Shown: in pieces, positions 8,928 through 18,834 of the stretch
How positions within the stretch are numbered: position 1 is the first letter of the stretch
How the letters are laid out: each line of letters begins with the position of its first letter
Assembly: GCA_016839815.1 (NCBI GenBank)
Contig: JAEOTM010000183.1
Span: 1 to 53,952 of the forward strand
DNA length: 53,952 nucleotides
Origin: Candidatus Hodarchaeota archaeon
Lineage (GTDB): Archaea; Asgardarchaeota; Heimdallarchaeia; Hodarchaeales; Hodarchaeaceae
Reading direction: 5' to 3'
Notes under the pieces: model-generated
The model's input: the letters and a program-made list of their open reading frames with translations, nothing else
Databases searched by the model: none
Told to the model about the DNA's origin: nothing
Program-made: the position numbers and the translations under genes

Positions 8928-10478
8928 ATGGAAATTCCGGACAGCCTTTTTCAAGGATTGACTATAGATAAACGGGATTATCAAATCCAAGCAGTTCAAG
9001 AGATTCTTTCTCTTCATACAGCTAATCAATCTGTCTTGTTAAACTATCCTTATGGGACAGGGAAGACTATTATCGCTCTTTTAGTACTTTTAAAGCTTAA
9101 AACATCTCAACCAGGGAAACAATTTATTTTTACTTCTGCTCGTGAAGCTGCAGGGTTACGTTGTCGTCAAGCAGTCGAAATGGGCAAAAAATTTGGATTT
9201 GTAGATAAGCTGGGGTATCTGTTTAATCCTCAAACGGGAGGAAAAGGATTAAATCTCTCACAAAAGATGAAAATGTACCAGGCCTCTCAGGTAATCTTTT
9301 CTCCTATTCAGACACTTATGAATGACCGTTTCCAGATTAAGTCACGATTGAAAACAGATATTTTCTCAAATATGTCATTGTGTATCGTTGATGAAGCTAC
9401 AGATCTTCTCGCTCGTTCTATGTCAGGATTTCGTTTATCTAAATATTTCCAAGAATTGTTTCAAGTACGTAAAAAGAATAACTTCCCTATTCTAGCTATG
9501 TCTGGAACCAGAGATCAGCATAAGGCGAAATTCATTGTACAAGTGCTTGGGGAAAATGCTCATCAGATGTCTCGTTTGGATCTTTCACCCTATGAGACAA
9601 TCACACAAATTAATCCCATCAACCGTGAAGATTATATTCACAATGATCAAACCATCTCCAATCTTCTTACTAAACCCGTTGGTAGCATTCAAGAAATTCT
9701 TGATCCTAATTTAAGTCGTTTGGAAATTGTCAAGCTTTCATATGGAGGAGCGTTAGATCGATTACGGGGTGACAACCGTACTTATCCTATTAGATTGGGA
9801 AAGTACAAAGTCGAAAATAACGAAGATCGTGTCCAACTCGTGAATGCATTTGCTTTACTTTTTAAACTGACTCATGCACGATTACTGCTACTTGAAAGCA
9901 CACCAGGAGAATATCTAAAATACACAAAAAAGGAAGAGAATAAAGAGGTCTTTCAATCATTACTTGAGGTAAGTTCAGAGATTATCTCTTATCGCGTTGA
10001 TCTCCCTCGATATGATAAGCCTGAGGAAAAAACCACTCGTGGACTCATCCATCCTAAGGTTGAAAAAGCTATTAATATTATTCATGAACATATTATTCGA
10101 GGAGCTAAAGTTCTCTTATTTACACGCTATCTAGCCTTAGGTGATCAATTGAAGATGATATTGGAAACATTACAATATCCAGGAGTAAAATATCTTTCTG
10201 GTAAGACGAAAGAGGAATCAAGACATATTATTCTTGATCAATTCCGAAAAGAGGATGTCAATGTATTGATATTCACTCCAGTTGGCGGAAGAGGGTTGAA
10301 TTTAGAAGAAGCAGATGTTGTTATTCATTTAGATATTACAAGTAACCTTGATGATATGACACAGCGTCGAGAACGCGCTAGAGGTTGTATCGAATATGTC
10401 CTTGTTTTGCAGGGAACAAGCGAGGAAGGTAAGGTCAAAGAATACGCGAAATTAACCAATGCCTCTACTGTGAAATAA
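8928..10478 (+). CDS. Superfamily 2 (Hef/ERCC4-like DExD/H) helicase with divergent motifs
   Basis: RDYQ Q-motif, YGTGKT, IVDEAT, MSGT, HPK, LLFTRY, GGRGLNL and QRRERAR. Confidence 0.8.
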   Translation: MEIPDSLFQGLTIDKRDYQIQAVQEILSLHTANQSVLLNYPYGTGKTIIALLVLLKLKTSQPGKQFIFTSAREAAGLRCRQAVEMGKKFGFVDKLGYLFNPQTGGKGLNLSQKMKMYQASQVIFSPIQTLMNDRFQIKSRLKTDIFSNMSLCIVDEATDLLARSMSGFRLSKYFQELFQVRKKNNFPILAMSGTRDQHKAKFIVQVLGENAHQMSRLDLSPYETITQINPINREDYIHNDQTISNLLTKPVGSIQEILDPNLSRLEIVKLSYGGALDRLRGDNRTYPIRLGKYKVENNEDRVQLVNAFALLFKLTHARLLLLESTPGEYLKYTKKEENKEVFQSLLEVSSEIISYRVDLPRYDKPEEKTTRGLIHPKVEKAINIIHEHIIRGAKVLLFTRYLALGDQLKMILETLQYPGVKYLSGKTKEESRHIILDQFRKEDVNVLIFTPVGGRGLNLEEADVVIHLDITSNLDDMTQRRERARGCIEYVLVLQGTSEEGKVKEYAKLTNASTVK

Positions 10479-10594
10479 CACTCGCTGAATACTGTTGAAA
10501 TTCCTCTCTTCTACGCGATTCGCTTGATTTCGTGTAATATGAAATAACTGTAACGATTCATAGTTCTCTGAATACCCAAAATTTTTGAATAGAT

Positions 10595-11992
10595 TCAGAA
10601 TCGATCCCGATTTTCTGAACCTTTCGTTTGGTCGACTAGATCAGATCCACAAAAGGCGCAGAATTTGGCATTAGGTAATACTAAGTTTCCACACGACACA
10701 CAACGTTGACTACTTTCAGAAATAACAGTGGGAACGAAGTCTGGACGACGAAATGATCTCTGGGTTTCAAATTCATGAACCTTAGTGGAAACAAAGTTTG
10801 GTTCGCTAATTGGGTCCGTTTTGAATACAAATAGACCATAGATAATAATCAGCACTCCTACAACAATAATTTGGATGAAATAAAAGAATAATATTTCTGT
10901 ATCAGTGTTGGGATTAAGGAACTCTCTGAAAAGATCAAGGGAAATAGGCACAATTCCAGTAATGGCAATGAAGATTGCTAAAAAGAAACAGAATTTGAGT
11001 AATGCACCAGACTTATCTTTTGTCTCAGTAATAATTTGCATCCAAATTGGTTTGCTTTCCTCATCTTTCTCTTGAAAGTATTTTACAAGTAAATATATAG
11101 AAATACCTGCTCCTACTGCAAGAGCAATGAATATCCAATACATCATGAATAATGTAATAAGAGGAGAGCCTACATCGGGAAGATCTATATCAGAAAATTG
11201 ACCTATCAGCCCAAAACTGTTTGTCCCAGCATGAAAAAGGATTGGCCATAAAATATTCCGGGTTCGAAGATATAAGAAACCTAGTAATAATCCCCCAAAT
11301 AAAGTACCTAGGAAATGCTCCATAGCAAATCCTACCGATCCATCATAAAGATCTGTGGGTGTGTGTTGCAATGAAAACATCAAGCTAGAAAAAATCAATG
11401 CCCACATCTGGCCGACACCTCTTCGTTCAAATAAAGGGATTAATGTGCGACGAAATACTAATTCTTCCCAAATTGGTGCCCCAATAGCTAATACAGTGAA
11501 AAATAAAATCAGAAAGACTGGATCATTGATGGTTACTGATGTAGGATTAATCGCTTCATAAGGAGAATCTGTTGTAAGACCTCCTTCGTCTAAGAGGAAA
11601 TCCAAGGGTGTAATAAAGATAAAAATCAAAAAAATGTTGATTGCATGCAAGAGATAAGTAATAAGAGGGAAATGACTTTTAGGACCTTTGGGAGTCGTTT
11701 TTACCTCTGGTTCTATCTTCTTTTTCCTATATAAAATTGTAAATCCAAGGATAGCTCCCATCTGCGCTCCTAAGTTTAAAATTAAATTCAATATAGGTTC
11801 TATTTGGTTTGCATTGGCTTCTGTAACCTGTATCAGATCATAAACGATTGCATAGGAAATAAAGAATCGCATTATATTACCTAGGAAATCAAAACACGCT
11901 ACTAAGACCAAGATTAATGTAAAAACATAAATTATATCCTTTGAACTTGTTTCCATTTGTTTTTCTGGAGTATTTTCTACTGAATTTTCCAT
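10595..11992 (-). CDS. CPBP (CAAX/Abi) intramembrane glutamic protease with C-terminal zinc ribbon
   Basis: APIWEELVFRR, FSLQH and ILFHAGTN motifs, many TM helices, and C-terminal CVSCG...FCAFCG. Confidence 0.88.
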   Translation of the reverse strand: MENSVENTPEKQMETSSKDIIYVFTLILVLVACFDFLGNIMRFFISYAIVYDLIQVTEANANQIEPILNLILNLGAQMGAILGFTILYRKKKIEPEVKTTPKGPKSHFPLITYLLHAINIFLIFIFITPLDFLLDEGGLTTDSPYEAINPTSVTINDPVFLILFFTVLAIGAPIWEELVFRRTLIPLFERRGVGQMWALIFSSLMFSLQHTPTDLYDGSVGFAMEHFLGTLFGGLLLGFLYLRTRNILWPILFHAGTNSFGLIGQFSDIDLPDVGSPLITLFMMYWIFIALAVGAGISIYLLVKYFQEKDEESKPIWMQIITETKDKSGALLKFCFFLAIFIAITGIVPISLDLFREFLNPNTDTEILFFYFIQIIVVGVLIIIYGLFVFKTDPISEPNFVSTKVHEFETQRSFRRPDFVPTVISESSQRCVSCGNLVLPNAKFCAFCGSDLVDQTKGSENRDRF

Positions 11993-12010
11993 ATTTAACT
12001 ACCTTGAAAA

Positions 12011-12979
12011 TTAAGTGGGGATAAAGAAGATCCCAAAGAAAAATGCACCCAAAGCCACCCATAATGCCCAACGTGTGTATTTTCGGGCCTTTTTCCCTCC
12101 CTGTGTACTCTCTGTAAAGATTGTATAACTGGTCAACATAAGTATTCCTGCAAAAAATATGTCGAGAAGCCAAAAAATCAGATTTTTATACACGTAATAT
12201 CCTGCAACGAGTGAGGAAAAAATAGTTATTCCAAAAAAGATCGTGGCTACAATCCCAGCCGTTTTTGGACCAAACTTCACTGCTAAAGAATTAAGATTCT
12301 GTTGCTTATCTCCCTCATAATCTTGAATATCCTTAATGACTTCTCTCCCAACACTCATAAAGAAGGTAGAGTTTAAAATAATTGCACAAGCAATGACGGT
12401 TAATTCTTCTCGAGGATTTAACATGAAGAATCCTATAAATAATGGTGCTACATAGCCAATCGATACCCATACATTACCAATAAACCCTAACTGCTTCACA
12501 CCAAAATTATACCCAACACCAATTATTACGAATAATAATGTAAAGATGAATAGGGCAATAGTTACTTCATAAATCAAAACTAATGCACCAATAATCAGGA
12601 CAGCTGTGAAAAACATTGAAAAAGTCAAGATTTTAACAAAATCTTTTGAAAGATCACCACGAGCTAGGGGACGATCAAATCGCTGATTTGCTATATCAGT
12701 TTTCACATCAAACAAGTCATTAACTGATTGATTCCCCCAAGTAAGGAGCATTGTGGCAAACAATCCTAAGATTATTCCTGGCCACTCTAACACCCCATTC
12801 TCAAAGAAAAACGCAGTGAAATCAGGATTATTTCCTTCCAGTACATATACTATGAAACCAGCTGAAAGAACGGCAAAACTACTTAAAATCCCTAGGGTAA
12901 AACGTAAAAGATCGATTATTGCCCTAAGTTGTTTCATATTTGTCTCTTCTCTGGTGAGCTGATGCATGATTGAAGACAT
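12011..12979 (-). CDS. UbiA-family prenyltransferase (DGGGP synthase-like)
   Basis: NDLFDVKTDIANQRFDRPLARG and REVIKDIQDYEGD Asp-rich motifs, with multiple TM helices. Confidence 0.88.
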   Translation of the reverse strand: MSSIMHQLTREETNMKQLRAIIDLLRFTLGILSSFAVLSAGFIVYVLEGNNPDFTAFFFENGVLEWPGIILGLFATMLLTWGNQSVNDLFDVKTDIANQRFDRPLARGDLSKDFVKILTFSMFFTAVLIIGALVLIYEVTIALFIFTLLFVIIGVGYNFGVKQLGFIGNVWVSIGYVAPLFIGFFMLNPREELTVIACAIILNSTFFMSVGREVIKDIQDYEGDKQQNLNSLAVKFGPKTAGIVATIFFGITIFSSLVAGYYVYKNLIFWLLDIFFAGILMLTSYTIFTESTQGGKKARKYTRWALWVALGAFFFGIFFIPT

Positions 12980-13338
12980 TGAAGATATTATTCGATAATG
13001 ATTATTATCCTCAAATGTATTATTCTCACGGAATAGTCAATTGGTGTCACAAACTTAATTGTGGTTATTGAACCTGAACCAATTGCTTAGATATAACTCA
13101 ATAATTTCACCCAGAGTAGTGTAAATCACTAAAATTCTGCTGATAACGAACTATATAATAAGTACTTCTGGCTTTGATTACCTTTTGGGAGGCTTTTTTA
13201 AGGTGTGTCATTATTAAACAGGTGGTTTTCTATTAATCAAAATTTATTGCATTAATCGGAATGTAATACTTAATTGTGTATGAAAACTCGAAAAAGAATT
13301 TTGTGAGGTATTATAGAGAGATTTATAGAGGATTAATT

Positions 13339-14607
13339 ATGCCTGAACAACAACAAGTATTCATAGCAGGAGGAACGACCACTCCTTTTGATTATCCAGT
13401 AAATCTACAAATTGAGGAGCTTGTTGCCAATACAATTCGTCAATTATATGATGATGTACCAAATTTTCATCTAAAGGATGTGAGAGAGAATGGAATGGTT
13501 GTCTACAGCCATTTTAGCGTTCATTTTGCTCATCAATTAACTTCTTACTGGATTCTCCACGATCATCTCGGTCTAGTCGGAGTACCCCATTTTAGAATTG
13601 ATAATGGGGGTAATACAGGAGGTAGTGCCCTTTATGCAGCCTATGCACTGGTTAGAGCGGGATTAGCGGACGTTGTCCCGGTTATTGGTTATGAACTCAT
13701 GGGGTCTGTTTCTCAGAGTAAGGGTTCAGAGTTTATTGCCATTGCATCCGATACTCGATACGAAGCGATGTTGGGTGCCAATTATACAAACTATTACGCT
13801 GGACTTGCCCGTGTTTTCATGGAAGAATATGGTTTAACAGAAGAAGATTTTGCAGAAATCGCGGTAAAGAACAAAAATAATGCCATGGCTACTGGAGAAA
13901 AAGCCCAACATTATCGTAAGGTTGGCAAAAAACTAACTGTAGATGACGTGATGGACAGCCGTTTGATTTCTTATCCACTTAAAAAATGGGATTGCTGTTT
14001 TATGTCCGAAGGGGCCGCAACAGTTCTAGTTTGTAACGAAAAATATGCAAAAGAGTATTCTCCTGATCACTATGTAGAGATAACGGGTGCAGGTCTTTCA
14101 TCCTGTACAATTCGTGCAGGAGATCGATATGCATTCCCAGGTTGGACTGAAAGGTACGGAGAAGGATATCCTGGCCTCGGAGAATTTGCTGCCTGCCGTC
14201 ATTCTGCTGAAGTTGCTTACAAAATGGCTGGTATTGACTGGAAAGATTCCCATAAGCAAATTGATGTAGCTGAAGTACACGATGCGTTCTCTACGTCTGA
14301 GTTCCAGATTTATAACGCACTTGGATGGTGTGAATCTATTTCCCCTAAACAGTTCATTCGGGATCGTATGCCCATGATGGACGGAGAAATCCCCACTAAT
14401 CCAGGTGGAGGTTTGATTGGCTACGGTCATCCTGTAGGTGCGACTGGTTTAATGTCTGCTATTGAATGCTACTATCAACTTACAGGATTGATTCCAAGGG
14501 AACATAAAAACATTGATAATGAGGTTAAAGATGCCGAAGTGGGTCTTGTAAACTCTCATGCTGGTACAGGGACATCTATCAGTAATTTCATTTTGAAACG
14601 AGTATGA
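13339..14607 (+). CDS. Thiolase-fold protein (SCP2/archaeal type) lacking the N-terminal catalytic Cys
   Basis: AVKN, DCCFMSEGAA, EVHDAFS and NPGGGLIGYGHPVGATG. ATG 13339 follows GAGG and is preferred over the track's GTG at 13276. Confidence 0.88.
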   Translation: MPEQQQVFIAGGTTTPFDYPVNLQIEELVANTIRQLYDDVPNFHLKDVRENGMVVYSHFSVHFAHQLTSYWILHDHLGLVGVPHFRIDNGGNTGGSALYAAYALVRAGLADVVPVIGYELMGSVSQSKGSEFIAIASDTRYEAMLGANYTNYYAGLARVFMEEYGLTEEDFAEIAVKNKNNAMATGEKAQHYRKVGKKLTVDDVMDSRLISYPLKKWDCCFMSEGAATVLVCNEKYAKEYSPDHYVEITGAGLSSCTIRAGDRYAFPGWTERYGEGYPGLGEFAACRHSAEVAYKMAGIDWKDSHKQIDVAEVHDAFSTSEFQIYNALGWCESISPKQFIRDRMPMMDGEIPTNPGGGLIGYGHPVGATGLMSAIECYYQLTGLIPREHKNIDNEVKDAEVGLVNSHAGTGTSISNFILKRV

Positions 14608-14619
14608 GGTGTAAATAAA

Positions 14620-15279
14620 ATGACAAAACTTCATCCAACACCAAATAATAACGATTTTAAATGGAAAGAATGGAATAAAATAAGCAAACTCATCCCTGAG
14701 AAAGGATGGGTCTGGCAGAATTTCCGTAAAGGACTATCAGCTGATTCAACCTGGATAGAGCAGCAAATTTATTATGATATGCTGTACACTTTCCGTTTAG
14801 GTGCACTAAGTCCTTATGCTGAGGGATTACTCGAAGGTAAGCTATTGGGAACACAATGTCCTAAGTGTAGAGATATCACATTTCCTCCTCGTGTCAATTG
14901 TTGGCGACTTGATTGCAAATTAGAAGTTACTGACTGGATTGAAATGCCCCTAACAGGAACTTTGCATACTTTTACCATCTGTGGATTTGCTGCCAAAAGC
15001 GCATTAAAAAAATTACCCTTTGTCCTAGCTTATGTGCTTGTTGGTGAAAGTAAAACCGCTATTGCGAATATTCTTAAGATTAACGAACCTTGGCATACGG
15101 AAACAAATATGCCTGTCATCGTGAAATTTGCAAAAGAAGAAGATCGTGTGGGTAATATTATTGACTTTTGGTTTGAACCTGATCCCAAGTGGACTCCTTC
15201 TCCTATGAATGCAGAAAAAGAACGAATTGAAAAATTATGTGAACCTGTGTATGAATGGGTTCGCATCCTAAATCGTTAA
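14620..15279 (+). CDS. DUF35 zinc-ribbon/OB-fold protein (thiolase partner)
   Basis: EGKLLGTQCPKC...FPPRVNC...C and GTLHTFT. A GAGGTG RBS precedes it, and it lies directly after the thiolase. Confidence 0.9.
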   Translation: MTKLHPTPNNNDFKWKEWNKISKLIPEKGWVWQNFRKGLSADSTWIEQQIYYDMLYTFRLGALSPYAEGLLEGKLLGTQCPKCRDITFPPRVNCWRLDCKLEVTDWIEMPLTGTLHTFTICGFAAKSALKKLPFVLAYVLVGESKTAIANILKINEPWHTETNMPVIVKFAKEEDRVGNIIDFWFEPDPKWTPSPMNAEKERIEKLCEPVYEWVRILNR

Positions 15280-15280
15280 T

Positions 15281-15303
15281 GGGAGGAACATTCCTCCCTT
15301 TTT
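15281..15303 (+). terminator. Hairpin plus T-tract terminator
   Basis: GGGAGGAA-CA-TTCCTCCC followed by TTTTT, between convergent genes. Confidence 0.7.
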
Positions 15304-15311
15304 ATGACTCT

Positions 15312-17051
15312 TTAGATAAAACCAATAAGGGATATCATCAAAGGAGTTAACAGTAAGGTTAATACTCCAATTAGACGAGTTTGATTTGGAAGATCGAATC
15401 TTATTGAGAGAGCACCAATTTCTTTTACCAATTGAGTTGATTCAGGGATTGCATCGATATTCCCTATCCAATTTGCTAATGCTTTAGCATTTGCGGCTTC
15501 AAATTTTCGTAATATATCCTGCATCCTCTGACGGATTCGTGTTTGATCTCTATCAACTAATGCAATGATCCGTGTGAAGACTCCATCTTCAAGGATAATT
15601 TCACGCTCTCCTCGCTTAATTGAACGAAGATCGGCTTTTTCATCTTCGTCTAACTCTTTTGAAACACTAGAAATGGCTGTAAAGAAGCCAGAGATAAGGA
15701 CTTCATCTGATTGGAATAGTTTTAGTCTCTGTGCAATTGGAATCCCATCGGGCATTTTTACAAGTAAAACATCAAATACTTCTGTAGGTTCATAAGTTAA
15801 AACAATGATTGCTAATCCCACGATGACTACATAAGTTAGAGCATATACCAAGCTTATTAGTTCTGAAGAAAATACGTCTGGATTAACAATTCGCTGCGAG
15901 ACAATGTATTCAATAAAACCCGGGACAATAAAGGACAAAGTAAAGAATAAACCGAATATACCAATCGTAGCACGTAAAGATACCTCTTCACGAGATTTTT
16001 TAGTAAAGATTTCCCGAATATGACCTGCTCCTTTGCGGAGTGTTGAGAAATCTTCAGGTTTTACAAAAAACCAAAAAACAATGATTGTTAAGACCAATAA
16101 ATATGGGATAATCATCCATATGTAAGTTGATTCAGGTAGGGAGATAAAAATTAATGAGTTCAGTGATTTAAAAAGAGTTAGTCCAACGTTAAAGACAAAA
16201 TTTAAGAGAAATGGTAATACTACGGAACCTGTTTCAGCAAAAGCACTAAATGATATATAGAGCACAACAGCAAAGCTTAGAAGCATTGCCCAAAACATCG
16301 GTGTTTGAATCGCAGGAATTAGATGTTCAAACTTGCCTCTTTTATCGATCATAAAGAAAAATGCTAAGTATGCAACATAAAATGTTGTAGCAAGTAGATT
16401 GGCAATTCCAAAAGGAAATCGTGCTTTTAATGAATTGTGGACATAAGCGAAGAAGAAAAAACCAGCGGATAACGGCCATATGAATCCCATTTCAATAAAG
16501 CCAAAATAATATTCTGCTGAAAGTTGATGAGATGTCAATAAAGCACCATCATAATTAAAAGAATGATGTAAGAATATTGCTTCGGTAATATCTCCATTTA
16601 GGGCATATTGCACTAAAGTAACTAGAGTATACCACACAAAAGTAACAATTAATCCTAGAAGCAACCCTCGACGAACAAGAGCACTAAAGGAATAATTGGG
16701 GGTTTTCAAGGTATATCCAAGTTGGCTAAATGACCAACCATCACGTGCGCGGCGCATCCATAGGCCGAAGACCAGACTTACAGAAAAAAGTAGTAGATTG
16801 AAAATTAGAGTTACTCGGACAATCTCTTCGAAGTGTCCCCCGTTTAAATTCCCTACTCCTGCATCTCCTAAATAGTCACCCAACGGTTGATAGAGATTTA
16901 ATTCAAGAAAGGCGGCATCTACTAGCGTAATTATTGAATAACACACCATAAAGATGAATGAAATTTCAAGAATTTGGATAATCTGATCGAGACGATTTGC
17001 TTTAATTTTTGTGATAAGATTCTCATCAACTTGGGCTGTTGGACTACTCAT
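15312..17051 (-). CDS. Polytopic membrane protein with cytoplasmic longin-like domain and C-terminal TM helix
   Basis: About 10-11 hydrophobic segments, then VLLVKMPDGIPI...DEVLISGFFTAISSVSKEL...LRSIKRGEREIILE, then a terminal hydrophobic helix. Confidence 0.65.
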   Translation of the reverse strand: MSSPTAQVDENLITKIKANRLDQIIQILEISFIFMVCYSIITLVDAAFLELNLYQPLGDYLGDAGVGNLNGGHFEEIVRVTLIFNLLLFSVSLVFGLWMRRARDGWSFSQLGYTLKTPNYSFSALVRRGLLLGLIVTFVWYTLVTLVQYALNGDITEAIFLHHSFNYDGALLTSHQLSAEYYFGFIEMGFIWPLSAGFFFFAYVHNSLKARFPFGIANLLATTFYVAYLAFFFMIDKRGKFEHLIPAIQTPMFWAMLLSFAVVLYISFSAFAETGSVVLPFLLNFVFNVGLTLFKSLNSLIFISLPESTYIWMIIPYLLVLTIIVFWFFVKPEDFSTLRKGAGHIREIFTKKSREEVSLRATIGIFGLFFTLSFIVPGFIEYIVSQRIVNPDVFSSELISLVYALTYVVIVGLAIIVLTYEPTEVFDVLLVKMPDGIPIAQRLKLFQSDEVLISGFFTAISSVSKELDEDEKADLRSIKRGEREIILEDGVFTRIIALVDRDQTRIRQRMQDILRKFEAANAKALANWIGNIDAIPESTQLVKEIGALSIRFDLPNQTRLIGVLTLLLTPLMISLIGFI

Positions 17052-17172
17052 TCAATATCTTCTCCAATTTTATTTTACGACGACGAGGATTTAACTCAGG
17101 GACAAATTAAAATCACACTTCTTTATTTATCCTTCTCTGAAGAAAAAGGAAGAATGGAGAAAGTATCTCTCT

Positions 17173-18618
17173 CTAGAGTTGTTGTCCAAATAATAAAATA
17201 TCCTCAACATTTAATATTTGAAGTTGGTTCGTCTTACTTGGAAATCCAAGCATACTTCCTCCAACAGCTAAAATTATATTTTTGGGATCTAGCATTCCTT
17301 GTTCTGTTGCTGCTAAGACAATTTCATACAGAAGCTCATCATATGATGGTGTAACTTTTACACATAATGGATATACTCCCCATACTAACTGTAATTGTCG
17401 TTTTACTGTTTCATAAGGAGTCCCTGCAATAATTTTCTTCTCTGGACGACATTTAGCTATCATACGGGTGGTTGATCCTGACCGGGTGCTAGTTACGATT
17501 GCATCTATTCCCAATGAGCTTGCATCACTTATTAGATGAACCGCTCTTCCAAGTACTTCAGGAATATTAGGAGAATCTGTGGTCCAAGATGGTTCTGTGG
17601 AAATAAGATGAAGATTTGCCCCTATTTCATCAATAATTCGCTCCATATACCCTACTGTTTCCACAGGAAATTTCCCCACGGCAGTTTCTCCACTCAACAT
17701 TACAGCATCGGCTCCATCCATGATAGCATTGGAAACATCTGATACCTCCGCTCTAGTTGGCCTAGGATTAATAGTCATCGATTCCAGCATTTGAGTAGCC
17801 ACAATCACTGGTTTAGAGGCCTTATTGCACTTTGCGATGATCTGTTTCTGGACGATAGGTACTTTCTCACTTGGAATTTCAATCCCTAGATCTCCCCGTG
17901 CAACCATTATTCCATCTGAATGGTCTAAAATTTCATCAAAATTTTTCAAACCATCCTGATTTTCAATTTTACTTATAATATTCATAGAAGAATTCGCTTC
18001 ATCTAATTTTTCTCTCACCGCAAGAATATCTTCTTTTCTTCTTACAAAAGAGGCGGCCAAATAATCCGCTGGTTGACCAAATTTTCGTAGTACATATCTA
18101 ATATCATCTAAATCTTTTTGAGTTGGAAAGTATATTGAGAGAGGTACATCTGGTGCATTGATTCCCTTCCGTGATTTCAATACCCCTCCATTAAGTACTT
18201 TACATATCAGCTCTTTTTTCTTCATGTTCTTTTTTACTACAAGAAATTGTAACAATCCATCATCAATCGCTAAATGGTTTCCGACCTTAGCATCTTTTAT
18301 AAGTGGTGGATAATTCGTAGAAACAACTTCTGAATTTCCCTCCAATCCTATCTTTCCCGATATTCGGAATTCCTGTCCATTTTCTAAAACGGTTCCTTTT
18401 TCAACGTCTCCTGTTCGGATTTTAGGTCCACACAGATCGACAAGTACTGCCACATCTTTGGAAACGGAACGTATTCGTTCATAGCGTTCTAAATGATCAG
18501 GATAGGCACCATGACTAAAATTCAGTCGACAGACATCTACGTACTTTAATAACTCCTTTAAAACAAGAATATTGTCACTAGCAGGACCAATTGTTGCTAC
18601 AATTTTTGTTGTTACCAT
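17173..18618 (-). CDS. pyk: Pyruvate kinase
   Basis: TKIVATIGPAS, RLNFSHG, GPKIRTG, SKIEN, DGIMVARGDLG and ATQMLESM...PTRAE. Confidence 0.98.
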   Translation of the reverse strand: MVTTKIVATIGPASDNILVLKELLKYVDVCRLNFSHGAYPDHLERYERIRSVSKDVAVLVDLCGPKIRTGDVEKGTVLENGQEFRISGKIGLEGNSEVVSTNYPPLIKDAKVGNHLAIDDGLLQFLVVKKNMKKKELICKVLNGGVLKSRKGINAPDVPLSIYFPTQKDLDDIRYVLRKFGQPADYLAASFVRRKEDILAVREKLDEANSSMNIISKIENQDGLKNFDEILDHSDGIMVARGDLGIEIPSEKVPIVQKQIIAKCNKASKPVIVATQMLESMTINPRPTRAEVSDVSNAIMDGADAVMLSGETAVGKFPVETVGYMERIIDEIGANLHLISTEPSWTTDSPNIPEVLGRAVHLISDASSLGIDAIVTSTRSGSTTRMIAKCRPEKKIIAGTPYETVKRQLQLVWGVYPLCVKVTPSYDELLYEIVLAATEQGMLDPKNIILAVGGSMLGFPSKTNQLQILNVEDILLFGQQL

Positions 18619-18834
18619 TCTGTTATCACTCTGAATAGATACTTGACTTTTTTCCTAGAAGATATTCTGCTGGTGAGATTTGCCATACAAAAGGGTTTGC
18701 GTTTGATTTTATCTGTAGTAAAGGAAATCTTCATCAAGTCCAAACTACCACTAGCTTTGTGAAATTCGTAATACGATATTCAAATGACAAGAAAGTTATA
18801 TTACTTCATGTTAGAGTCTTCTTGAGAATGTAAA

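Noticed and set aside
11355-17742. Short overlapping track ORFs (11355, 11889, 12753, 14087, 14098, 14449, 14814, 15030, 15565, 16974, 17536)
   Set aside because: Antisense or alternate-frame shadows of well-supported genes, with no motifs.
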